Source of the DNA: Methylophaga frappieri
GTDB lineage: Bacteria > Pseudomonadota > Gammaproteobacteria > Nitrosococcales > Methylophagaceae
Length of the DNA stretch: 32,000 bases
Reading direction: 5' to 3'
NCBI RefSeq assembly: GCF_000260965.1
Contig: NC_017856.1
Span: forward strand, 1,770,001-1,802,000
Shown here: in pieces, positions 9,904 through 17,023 of the stretch
Layout of the letters: every line of letters begins with the position of its first letter
Numbering within the stretch: position 1 is the first letter of the stretch
The notes under the pieces: generated by a model
Databases searched by the model: none
What the model was told of the DNA's origin: nothing
The model's input: the letters and a program-made list of their open reading frames with translations, nothing else
Position numbers and translations under genes: made by a program

Positions 9904-10830
9904 GTGAAACCTTTTCGGGTTGCTATTTTTAATGATACCCATGGCTGGCACAGTGAACAGCTAATCGCTGCGTTCGTCCGTCATAATATGGAAGCAGTTC
10001 TTACCGATCTGGCGCTATGCCGGATTGATCTTGCTCAATCGCCCGGCATCACCATTCCCGGCTTTGAGCAAGGAGGACTGCCCGATGCGGTAATGGTGCG
10101 AGGCATCGCACCGGGCAGTCTGGAGCAGATCACACTGCGTATGGATATCTTGCATACCTTGGCTGAACTTGGCGTTCCTGTGTTAAATCCAGCACGCGTT
10201 ATTGAGCTCACGGTGGATAAGGCGCGAACCAGTCTGCGTTTGCATCAAGCTGGTCTTCGCACCCCCATGACATGGGCGTGTGAAGACCGCGATCAAGCCA
10301 TGTCTATTGTGCGTCGAGAACTGGCGGCGGGATACCAGCTGGTGATGAAACCCTTATTTGGCTGCCAAGGCAAAGGCATTATCCGTATTAACCACCTCGA
10401 TCAATTGGATTTAATCGCCCCTGTTGGTCACGCATTTTACCTGCAACGCTATATTTCGCCGGCACAGCAAGATTATTGGCAGGATTGGCGTTTGATGGTT
10501 ATTCGCGGTCATGTTGTGGCGAGTATGACCCGTCAATCTGATAGTTGGATCACCAATTTTGCCCAAGGGGCACGATGCCTACCCGCCGTTGCCACCGATG
10601 AAATGAAGGCACTTGCTGTCAGTGCAGCACAAGCGGTTGAAGCCCCTTATGCAGGGGTAGATTTAATTCAGGATCCGGACGGACATTTCAGTGTGCTGGA
10701 AGTCAACAGTGTGCCAGCCTGGAAAGGCTTATATCTCGCAACGGGTCAGGATATTGCTGGCGCCTTGGCCAACATGGTTGCGGAATCTATTTCAGCAACC
10801 ATCAAGCAAACACCTGATTATGCTCTCTGA
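9904..10830 (+). CDS. RimK-family ATP-grasp alpha-L-glutamate ligase. This is the type found in H4MPT islands (MptN/'orf5'-like, tetrahydromethanopterin:glutamate ligase candidate).
   Basis: ATP-grasp motifs LVMKPLFGCQGKGI and AGVDLIQDPDGHFSVLEVNSVPAWKG. GTG start at 9904. It sits between mch and the CitG-like gene, as in methylotroph H4MPT gene islands. Confidence 0.8.
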   Translation: MKPFRVAIFNDTHGWHSEQLIAAFVRHNMEAVLTDLALCRIDLAQSPGITIPGFEQGGLPDAVMVRGIAPGSLEQITLRMDILHTLAELGVPVLNPARVIELTVDKARTSLRLHQAGLRTPMTWACEDRDQAMSIVRRELAAGYQLVMKPLFGCQGKGIIRINHLDQLDLIAPVGHAFYLQRYISPAQQDYWQDWRLMVIRGHVVASMTRQSDSWITNFAQGARCLPAVATDEMKALAVSAAQAVEAPYAGVDLIQDPDGHFSVLEVNSVPAWKGLYLATGQDIAGALANMVAESISATIKQTPDYAL

Positions 10831-11698
10831 AACGGATTTAGCGACCTGTATTCGCCGTGCCTGTGAACTGGAAGTGATGGCCCCCAAACCAGGAAATGTG
10901 AATCCTCAAAGTGATGGCCACGATATGCTGATTGACGATTTCCTGCGCAGTGCAGCAGCCATTGCGCCCGTCATGGCTCGCCCCGAATTCACTGTTGGTG
11001 AGCGTATTCTGGCTGGCGTTCAGGCGACACGAAAGGTGGTCAACTGCAATACAAATTTAGGGATTATTCTTTTATTCGCCCCCATTATTCAGGCTGTTTA
11101 TCAATCACGCCACTTTTTAGACATCCGACCGATGCTGCGTCATGTTTTAGCAACATTAACTGTTTATGATGCTGAGCTAAGTTATCAGGCGATTCAGCTA
11201 GCTGAAGCTGGGGGATTAGGAAAACAGGTTGACCAAGATATTAGCCGCAAGCCGACAATTACCCTGCTGGCAGCCATGAAATTAGCTGAAAACCGAGACA
11301 CCATTGCTCGGCAATACACTAATAATTTCAATGAAGTATGGGAAATCGCTTTCAAGCAATTGACAAAGGCGTTGAATTGTGGAGAAAAAGTTGAATGGGC
11401 TGCGGCTTTCGCGTATCTTAATGTTTTAGCACGTGTACCAGACACATTGATTAGCCGTAAATATTCACGGCGACTCGCTCAGTCAACATCTGAACAGGCG
11501 CAACGCTTTATTGCAAAAATGACACAGATAGCCTCCATCCATTCATTGCAAGATGAGTTCCATGACTGGGACCAACAACTCAAACGTCAAGCCATCAATC
11601 CCGGAACAACTGCCGACATGATTGCAGCCGCTTTGCTGCTACATCAGCTTTCCGAGACAGCTGACGCTAACCGAATTTCAGTAGCTCAATGCATCTAG
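10820..11698 (+). CDS. Triphosphoribosyl-dephospho-CoA synthase (CitG/MdcB) family protein, H4MPT-island type ('orf7'-like). Its real substrate is unknown.
   Basis: APKPGNV...DGHDM motif typical of the CitG family. ATG 10820 overlaps the upstream stop (10828-10830). The ORF-track start at 10691 lies inside the preceding gene in another frame. Confidence 0.8.
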   Translation: MLSETDLATCIRRACELEVMAPKPGNVNPQSDGHDMLIDDFLRSAAAIAPVMARPEFTVGERILAGVQATRKVVNCNTNLGIILLFAPIIQAVYQSRHFLDIRPMLRHVLATLTVYDAELSYQAIQLAEAGGLGKQVDQDISRKPTITLLAAMKLAENRDTIARQYTNNFNEVWEIAFKQLTKALNCGEKVEWAAAFAYLNVLARVPDTLISRKYSRRLAQSTSEQAQRFIAKMTQIASIHSLQDEFHDWDQQLKRQAINPGTTADMIAAALLLHQLSETADANRISVAQCI

Positions 11699-11742
11699 CG
11701 GACGGCGCTGAGCAGGTGATACGTTCCTTTATTACGTATAAA

Positions 11743-11767
11743 CCGCCCCGATAAGGGCGGAAAAAAA
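11743..11767 (+). other. GC-rich stem-loop (CCGCCC-cgataa-GGGCGG) followed by an A7-8 tract, in the CitG-like/fae intergenic region
   Basis: Stem 11743-11748 / 11755-11760, loop 11749-11754, A-run 11761-11767. On the + strand no U-run follows. On the - strand it reads T8-hairpin-TTTAT. Confidence 0.6.
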
Positions 11768-11809
11768 ATGAGCCTTTTTGACAATTTTTTTGGAACAGGA
11801 AGATATATC

Positions 11810-12328
11810 ATGCCAGTAATCGATCGCGTACTCGTAGGTGAATCTCTGGTCATCGAAGACGGTGACCTCGATAACGTTGCTCACATTGACTTGCTAATGG
11901 GCCCACGTGGCTCAGCTGCAGAAGATGCCTTTTGCCGTACCATGACGGATCAGAAACAAGGTGTTAACGGTCTGTTGGCCGTTGTTGCTCCTAATCTGAT
12001 GGTAAAACCCGCTACCGTCATGTTTAACAAGGTCACCATCAAAAACATGAAACAAGCGGTGCAAATGTTTGGTCCTGCGCAACGAGGCGTTTCCGTCGCT
12101 GTCGCAGAATGTGTTGAAGATGGGACTATTCCGGCATCCGAAGCAGATGATTGCTTTATTTGTGTTGGCGTCTTTATTTCACCAACAGCGGACAGTGATG
12201 AAAAGATCCAGGATTGGAACTACCGTGCAACGAAAGAGGCGATTAAACGTGCCGTTGCGCGTGAGCCTAAAGCAGCAGACGTTGTTGCACAATACAAATC
12301 TAGTGAGCATCCTTTCGGCGCAAAATAA
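11810..12328 (+). CDS. fae: Formaldehyde-activating enzyme (5,6,7,8-tetrahydromethanopterin hydro-lyase)
   Basis: VGESLV..DG..VAHIDLLMGPRGS, MFNKVTIKN.KQAVQMFGPAQ.GV, IPASEADD..I.VGVFI, NYRATKEAIKRA, HPF. Near-collinear, from memory, with M. extorquens Fae. AGGAAG Shine-Dalgarno sequence 8 nt upstream of ATG 11810, whereas the ORF-track start at 11768 has none. Confidence 0.93.
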   Translation: MPVIDRVLVGESLVIEDGDLDNVAHIDLLMGPRGSAAEDAFCRTMTDQKQGVNGLLAVVAPNLMVKPATVMFNKVTIKNMKQAVQMFGPAQRGVSVAVAECVEDGTIPASEADDCFICVGVFISPTADSDEKIQDWNYRATKEAIKRAVAREPKAADVVAQYKSSEHPFGAK

Positions 12329-12347
12329 GCCCCGACTTTTGCTTAAG

Positions 12348-12377
12348 AAAAACCGCCTCATTTGGGGCGGTTTTTTT
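12348..12377. terminator. Bidirectional rho-independent terminator shared by fae (+) and the convergent HisA-like gene (-)
   Basis: A5 (12348-12352), 7-bp stem CCGCCTC/GGGGCGG (12353-12359 / 12364-12370), loop ATTT, T7 (12371-12377). The T-run overlaps the stop codon of the minus-strand gene (12376-12378). Confidence 0.8.
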
Positions 12378-13071
12378 ATGTCCAAGATTCACTCGCCAGA
12401 AGATGCTGTTTATTTAAAACGCCGTGATGTAAGGCACTGGCCAACAACACCGCCTTTACCCCACTCAGGTGTAAGGTATGGAGATCCTGAACATGTCGAA
12501 CCCCACCAGACGCAATCCAGTTTTGCTCCACCCGACCTGCCATTAACGTTTTCAGGCGCGACATGCCCGGTCCCTGCTGTTTTCCTACTCTATCCAGATC
12601 CATGACAATAATTGACTGCGGCCAGTTTTCAACGCAGTCCAACCAATGGGCGTCACCCAGTAATTGATCCCCTTTGAAATCCAACGATAACACCCAAGGA
12701 TGTTGTCTTTCAGGCATACCATTGTAGGCACACGTCTCAGACGCAGCCACCCACTGCACATTTTTTCTTGGCGCAGCTTTAGCCAGCAAATCTGTGCTTT
12801 TCAAACCGGCATCCAGCCAAATGGTCAGCTGCGGAAAACAGGCCGCCAAATCCTGATAAAAATGCCAGTTAAACTGATTGCCCATAATACTATCCAAATC
12901 AGCAATATAAAGGGTATCAAAGTCATGAAAGTCCAATAAATCCGCTACTACCTTAGTCGGCGTCGTATGCGGCGTTATGATGGAACGCAGTAAAGGATAG
13001 TCAGCTCGATTTTTGCCATTGGCCATGACAACTTGCCCCGCCTTGACATCAATGACCGGTATAATCTTCAT
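12376..13071 (-). CDS. HisA/HisF-family (beta/alpha)8-barrel protein, the paralogue associated with H4MPT gene islands. Function unassigned.
   Basis: N-terminal beta1 signature MKIIPVIDVKAGQVV, LYIADLDSIMG, C-terminal phosphate-binding-like IASGGVRHVQDL; 231 aa. Embedded in the C1 cofactor island rather than in a his operon. Confidence 0.75.
   Translation of the reverse strand: MKIIPVIDVKAGQVVMANGKNRADYPLLRSIITPHTTPTKVVADLLDFHDFDTLYIADLDSIMGNQFNWHFYQDLAACFPQLTIWLDAGLKSTDLLAKAAPRKNVQWVAASETCAYNGMPERQHPWVLSLDFKGDQLLGDAHWLDCVENWPQSIIVMDLDRVGKQQGPGMSRLKTLMAGRVEQNWIASGGVRHVQDLHTLHLSGVKAVLLASALHHGVLNKQHLLASESWT
13043..13065 (+). promoter_or_regulatory. Candidate promoter elements for the ATP-grasp..decarboxylase operon, lying inside the first codons of the divergent HisA-like gene
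   Basis: Perfect TTGACA (13043-13048) and perfect TATAAT (13060-13065), but only 11 bp apart. The TATAAT would place a start site near 13072, about 20 nt before ATG 13093. Confidence 0.4.
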
Positions 13072-13092
13072 CTATTGTGATATTCCTCGACT

Positions 13093-14034
13093 ATGCAAAT
13101 ACTCATTCTTGAATATTTTACCAGTGGTGCAGCCGGCCTTAATCCGGATCCAGCCCTGACCGCCGAAGGCGATGCCATGCTGCAAGCTTTAATCATGGAT
13201 CTACAGAATACGCCTTTCAATCTCACCACACTGCGAGCGCAATCTCTATTGCCATTAGCAGGCGCAGCACACCAGTGGGTCGGCGATCTGACAGAATTTC
13301 CTGCGCTGTTGGCAGCGCAACTTGAACAAGCAGAAGCGACGTTAATCATAGCTCCGGAAACCAATCATATCCTCTACGACATGGCCAGAATCGTAACCGA
13401 CTCAACCAGTCAATGGCTTGGTTGCACGCCTGAGGCTATTTTTATTTGTACAGATAAAATGCTTTGTGCAGAACACTTGGAACGGGCCGGTATCACAACT
13501 ATCACTGGCCAATTAGCCATAGACTGGCTGGCGCAACCGGCATTTTCAGGTCCGTTCATTTGTAAACCCCGTGATGGCGCAGGCTGCGTTGAAACTTATT
13601 TTTTTAATGATGCAAAAGCCTTACAGACCCACCTGGAACAATCCTCACATCAGGATTTGACTCAACAACTGGTACAACCCTATCTAACAGGGCAGTCACT
13701 CAGTCTGTGTTTATTTATCAGTGACTCAACTTGTCAGGTGTTATCACTCAACCGACAGCAAATAGAAAAACAAGCCGGACAACTTCATTTCCATCATGTT
13801 GAAACCGGGATTGATTATCCAAGTAGCTTTAGCCAGCAGGATGCTCAGCAATTGGCCAAGCAACTGCACCGTGCTATTCCTGGACTATGGGGATTTATCG
13901 GGGTTGACTTGCTGCATAGTGCTGAGAGGACATACCTCATTGAGGTGAATCCGCGCCTGACAACCGCCTTTAATCACGTGCCAAAACTTGGCATTTCTTC
14001 CTCACAATTGCTCCTTGAGGCGTTACCTTCATGA
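13093..14034 (+). CDS. ATP-grasp ligase (carboligase-like), C1-cofactor island type; candidate MfnD-like
   Basis: FICKPRDGAGCVETYFF, GFIGVDLL, YLIEVNPRLTTAF; 313 aa. ATGA overlap with the next gene. Confidence 0.75.
   Translation: MQILILEYFTSGAAGLNPDPALTAEGDAMLQALIMDLQNTPFNLTTLRAQSLLPLAGAAHQWVGDLTEFPALLAAQLEQAEATLIIAPETNHILYDMARIVTDSTSQWLGCTPEAIFICTDKMLCAEHLERAGITTITGQLAIDWLAQPAFSGPFICKPRDGAGCVETYFFNDAKALQTHLEQSSHQDLTQQLVQPYLTGQSLSLCLFISDSTCQVLSLNRQQIEKQAGQLHFHHVETGIDYPSSFSQQDAQQLAKQLHRAIPGLWGFIGVDLLHSAERTYLIEVNPRLTTAFNHVPKLGISSSQLLLEALPS
13115..13123 (-). promoter_or_regulatory. Candidate extended -10 element (TGGTAAAAT on the minus strand) for the HisA-like gene, located inside the ATP-grasp coding region
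   Basis: The reverse complement of 13115-13123 reads TGGTAAAAT. There is no good -35. It would start transcription near 13108, about 37 nt before the HisA-like ATG (13071). Confidence 0.3.
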
Positions 14035-15053
14035 CCAGATATTACTCAGGCTGGGATATCGGAGGGGCACATCTCAAAGTTAGCCGGTGCAATGCTGCTG
14101 GCGAAATTATCCATAGCCGGGAATGGGTTTGTCCTCTTTGGCGGGGTATTCAAGAGCTAGACAAATTAGTCAATCAAGTCTTATCAGAACTCAATAATGA
14201 AAATGATTTTCACTTTTTGACCCTGACCGGGGAGTCAGCAGACTGTTTCAGGGATCGGCAACATGGTGTCAATGAGATTCTTTCTTGCATCGGAAAACAA
14301 ATTGCAGCGGAAAAATGTCGGGTATTTAGTGCCTCAGACCGCTGGTTGTCCCTGTCAGCAGCACAGCAAAACTGGCATCAAGTCGCCTCCATGAACTGGC
14401 TGGCAACCGCCAGTTGGCTCGGACAACATATTGAGTCTGGTTTGCTGGTTGATATTGGCAGTACCACAACCGATATCATTGCCATCAAACATCATCGACC
14501 AGCATTAGCCGGGTTGACAGATCAAGCCCGTCTACGCAGTGGTGAGTTGGTTTATACCGGTGTGATAAGAACCCCTTTAATTGCCCTGGCCCAACAGGTG
14601 CCATTTGCTGGCTATCAACAACACGTCGCTAATGAGCTTTTTGCCACTACCGGTGATATCTGGCGCATATGTCATGCGTTACCGGCAACCATTCAGGATA
14701 TTTCTGCAGATGGACAAAGTTGGCAGCTGGCGCATTGTCGGCAAAGGCTGGCCAGAATGGTAGGGACTGACGCCGGGCAGTTCACCGCAGAACAATGGCT
14801 GACTCTGGCAAATTGGTATGCCGAACAGCAACTCCAACAGTTAATTGTCAGTGCAAACCAAGTCGTACAGCAGCATTCATTGGGAGATGAGGATCCCATC
14901 ATTGCGGTTGGTATTGGTCATTTTTTAGCTAAACGCTTGGCAAAAGCGCTTCATCGCCCGATTCAGTCTCTGAATAAAAATCTGTCTCAACAGGCGGCCA
15001 TCGGTGCCCCAGCCAGTGCACTAGCACTTCTTGGCTGGCGACAGTTCACGTAA
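14031..15053 (+). CDS. Hydantoinase/oxoprolinase-like (actin-fold ATPase) protein of the 'H4MPT-linked C1 transfer pathway' family; candidate MfnF-like
   Basis: GWDIGGAHLKV near the N-terminus and LVDIGSTTTDII (ASKHA phosphate-binding motifs); 340 aa. Start overlaps the upstream stop (14031-14034). Confidence 0.7.
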   Translation: MTRYYSGWDIGGAHLKVSRCNAAGEIIHSREWVCPLWRGIQELDKLVNQVLSELNNENDFHFLTLTGESADCFRDRQHGVNEILSCIGKQIAAEKCRVFSASDRWLSLSAAQQNWHQVASMNWLATASWLGQHIESGLLVDIGSTTTDIIAIKHHRPALAGLTDQARLRSGELVYTGVIRTPLIALAQQVPFAGYQQHVANELFATTGDIWRICHALPATIQDISADGQSWQLAHCRQRLARMVGTDAGQFTAEQWLTLANWYAEQQLQQLIVSANQVVQQHSLGDEDPIIAVGIGHFLAKRLAKALHRPIQSLNKNLSQQAAIGAPASALALLGWRQFT

Positions 15054-15062
15054 AATACCGGC

Positions 15063-16445
15063 ATGAGCTCACCGACCCTGCGTATCATTGAACTGCCCTA
15101 CCGGGCAGACAGTGCAGATTATTTTTCCTCTATTCGAGATTTGCCTTGGCCAATATTTCTGGACAGTGCTGGTGTGCAACATTATGGCGGCCGTTACGAT
15201 ATTCTCAGTGCCGATCCGTTTATCACGCTGAAAACGACTGGTGAACAGACTGTTGTGCAACACCGCCACCAGCCAGCGAAAACGTATCAGGATGACCCTT
15301 TCTGGATACTGCAAAGCCACTTGCAACGTTACCCTGTGGCATCGAAGTCAGCACCTTTTACCGGCGGTGCCATGGGGTATTTTGCCTATGATTTGGCTCG
15401 GCGGATTGAGCATTTACCCAGCCTTGCACGCGCTGAAGAAAATTTACCCGAAATGGCAGTAGGCCTCTATGACTGGGCCTTGGTTGTTGATCATCAACAA
15501 CAGCTTTGCCATTTGTATAGTCATGGCTTTGATCCACTTCGCGCACAAAATCTGGCTGATATTCAACAGCGTCTTGCTCAGCCCAAAAAGACGGTTCCTT
15601 CTTTTCAGGTCAGTGGCGAATTACGTTGTAATCTTGATAAAGCCGCCTATCAGCAAGCATTTTCAAAAATTCAGCACTATATTCGCGAAGGTGACTGCTA
15701 TCAGGTTAACCTCGCTAAACGTTTTGAAATTGCCGCATCAGGCGATCCTTGGCAAGCCTACCGTCAACTGCGTCAGCGTAACGCGGCACCCTTCTCGGCT
15801 TTTTTTGCTATCCCCGAAGCTGCTATCTTGAGTTCCTCACCGGAAAGGCTCTTACAAGTCCGTGCAGGACACATTGAAACCAAACCGATAAAAGGCACCC
15901 GGCCTCGTGATTTGACCAACCCGGAAAACGACGAAAAACAAGCGAAAGCACTGATGAACAGTGCCAAAGATCAAGCGGAGAATCTGATGATCGTTGATTT
16001 ACTTCGCAACGATTTGGGCAAGGTTTGTATGCCGGGCAGCATTGCCGTCCCCAAAGCATTTCAACTGGAAAGCTTTGCAACCGTTCACCACCTTGTCAGT
16101 ACCATTACGGGGAAATTGGCCAAAAATCAGTCTGCGGCCGCTTTATTACGCGCCTGTTTTCCTGGCGGCTCTATCACCGGCGCGCCCAAACTGCGCGCCA
16201 TGCAAATCATCGAAGAACTCGAACCACATCGGCGTGGGGTCTATTGTGGCAGCATCGCCTATCTTGGCTTTGATGGCAATATGGATAGCAGCATTACCAT
16301 TCGAACTCTGGTATTTAACCAGCAGCGCTTACGGTTTTGGGCTGGTGGCGGCATTGTTGCCGACTCTGATTGTGAAGCTGAGCATCAGGAAGTGCTTGAT
16401 AAGGCTGCCGCCATGTTGGATCTGGTGACGTTATTGCGATCATGA
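15063..16445 (+). CDS. pabB: Aminodeoxychorismate synthase component I (p-aminobenzoate synthase)
   Basis: Collinear, from memory, with E. coli PabB: LPW..FLDS, MAVGLYDWALVVDH, GDCYQVNLAKRF, APFSAF, SSSPERLL, KPIKGTRPR, NSAKDQAENLMIVDLLRND, VHHLVSTITG, FPGGSITGAPK, SITIRT, GGGIVADS. 460 aa. Confidence 0.9.
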   Translation: MSSPTLRIIELPYRADSADYFSSIRDLPWPIFLDSAGVQHYGGRYDILSADPFITLKTTGEQTVVQHRHQPAKTYQDDPFWILQSHLQRYPVASKSAPFTGGAMGYFAYDLARRIEHLPSLARAEENLPEMAVGLYDWALVVDHQQQLCHLYSHGFDPLRAQNLADIQQRLAQPKKTVPSFQVSGELRCNLDKAAYQQAFSKIQHYIREGDCYQVNLAKRFEIAASGDPWQAYRQLRQRNAAPFSAFFAIPEAAILSSSPERLLQVRAGHIETKPIKGTRPRDLTNPENDEKQAKALMNSAKDQAENLMIVDLLRNDLGKVCMPGSIAVPKAFQLESFATVHHLVSTITGKLAKNQSAAALLRACFPGGSITGAPKLRAMQIIEELEPHRRGVYCGSIAYLGFDGNMDSSITIRTLVFNQQRLRFWAGGGIVADSDCEAEHQEVLDKAAAMLDLVTLLRS

Positions 16446-17023
16446 GTGTTGTCGTCAAACTCGGTGGCAGCCTTTACCGCGATGGTTTTTTAGCAGCATG
16501 GCTAAAAACACTTACCGGATCTGCGCAGACCCAACAGATCATTATCGTTCCCGGTGGCGGCCCTTTCGCAAATACAGTCCGAACCGCCCAAACAGATTAC
16601 CCAATGCTCTCGCAAACGGCTGCACACCGAATGGCACTGCTGGCCATGCGTCAATATGGCCTGTTATTAAACGATCTGACCGCAGCAGCCGAAACCTTTA
16701 CCGACAGCAACCAAAAGTTACCCGCCACGGGTTTATTTATTTGGCTCCCGGATGATGAGGCATTATTACAAACCGATTTGCCGCATAGCTGGCAGTTGAC
16801 CTCCGATAGCCTGGCGTTATGGTTAACCGCAGCACAAGGATTGAAAGAATTGCTTCTGGTCAAATCGGCTGCCATTGATTCCGATCATGTCGAACAACTC
16901 ACCGCCAGCGGCATAATAGATGGTTACTTTGGCCGTTTTTTTGAACATTTTTCGATACCTTGCAGTGTGACCCATGCGGCAGATTTCGAAGACTTCCTCA
17001 GTAAAAAAATTCCGTTGCGATGA
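16442..17023 (+). CDS. Small amino-acid-kinase-fold (aspartate/glutamate/uridylate kinase family) protein of the C1-cofactor island; candidate MfnE-like kinase
   Basis: VVKLGGSL at the N-terminus, IIIVPGGGPFAN; 193 aa. 4-nt overlaps with both neighbouring genes. Confidence 0.7.
   Translation: MSVVVKLGGSLYRDGFLAAWLKTLTGSAQTQQIIIVPGGGPFANTVRTAQTDYPMLSQTAAHRMALLAMRQYGLLLNDLTAAAETFTDSNQKLPATGLFIWLPDDEALLQTDLPHSWQLTSDSLALWLTAAQGLKELLLVKSAAIDSDHVEQLTASGIIDGYFGRFFEHFSIPCSVTHAADFEDFLSKKIPLR

Noticed and set aside
11743-11767. Hairpin after the CitG-like gene considered as its rho-independent terminator
   Set aside because: On the + strand the stem is followed by an A-run, not a U-run, so it does not fit an intrinsic terminator for + transcripts. 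It is kept as an unexplained stem-loop instead.
11778-11783. Perfect TTGACA hexamer 27 nt upstream of the fae ATG considered as the fae -35 element
   Set aside because: No acceptable -10 lies at 16-18 bp; the best candidate, TATATC, needs a 20-bp spacer. Any start site would also fall at or beyond the fae start codon.
12069-12605. 178-aa + strand ORF spanning the 3' end of fae, the intergenic region and the 3' end of the HisA-like gene
   Set aside because: It overlaps fae in another frame, runs straight through a strong bidirectional terminator and is antisense to a well-supported gene. The translation is low-complexity with no recognisable motifs. Treated as a shadow ORF.
16341-16348. GCTGGTGG (the E. 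coli Chi sequence) inside pabB
   Set aside because: It is a single occurrence within coding sequence, the Chi sequence is lineage-specific, and no orientation bias can be assessed in one window.
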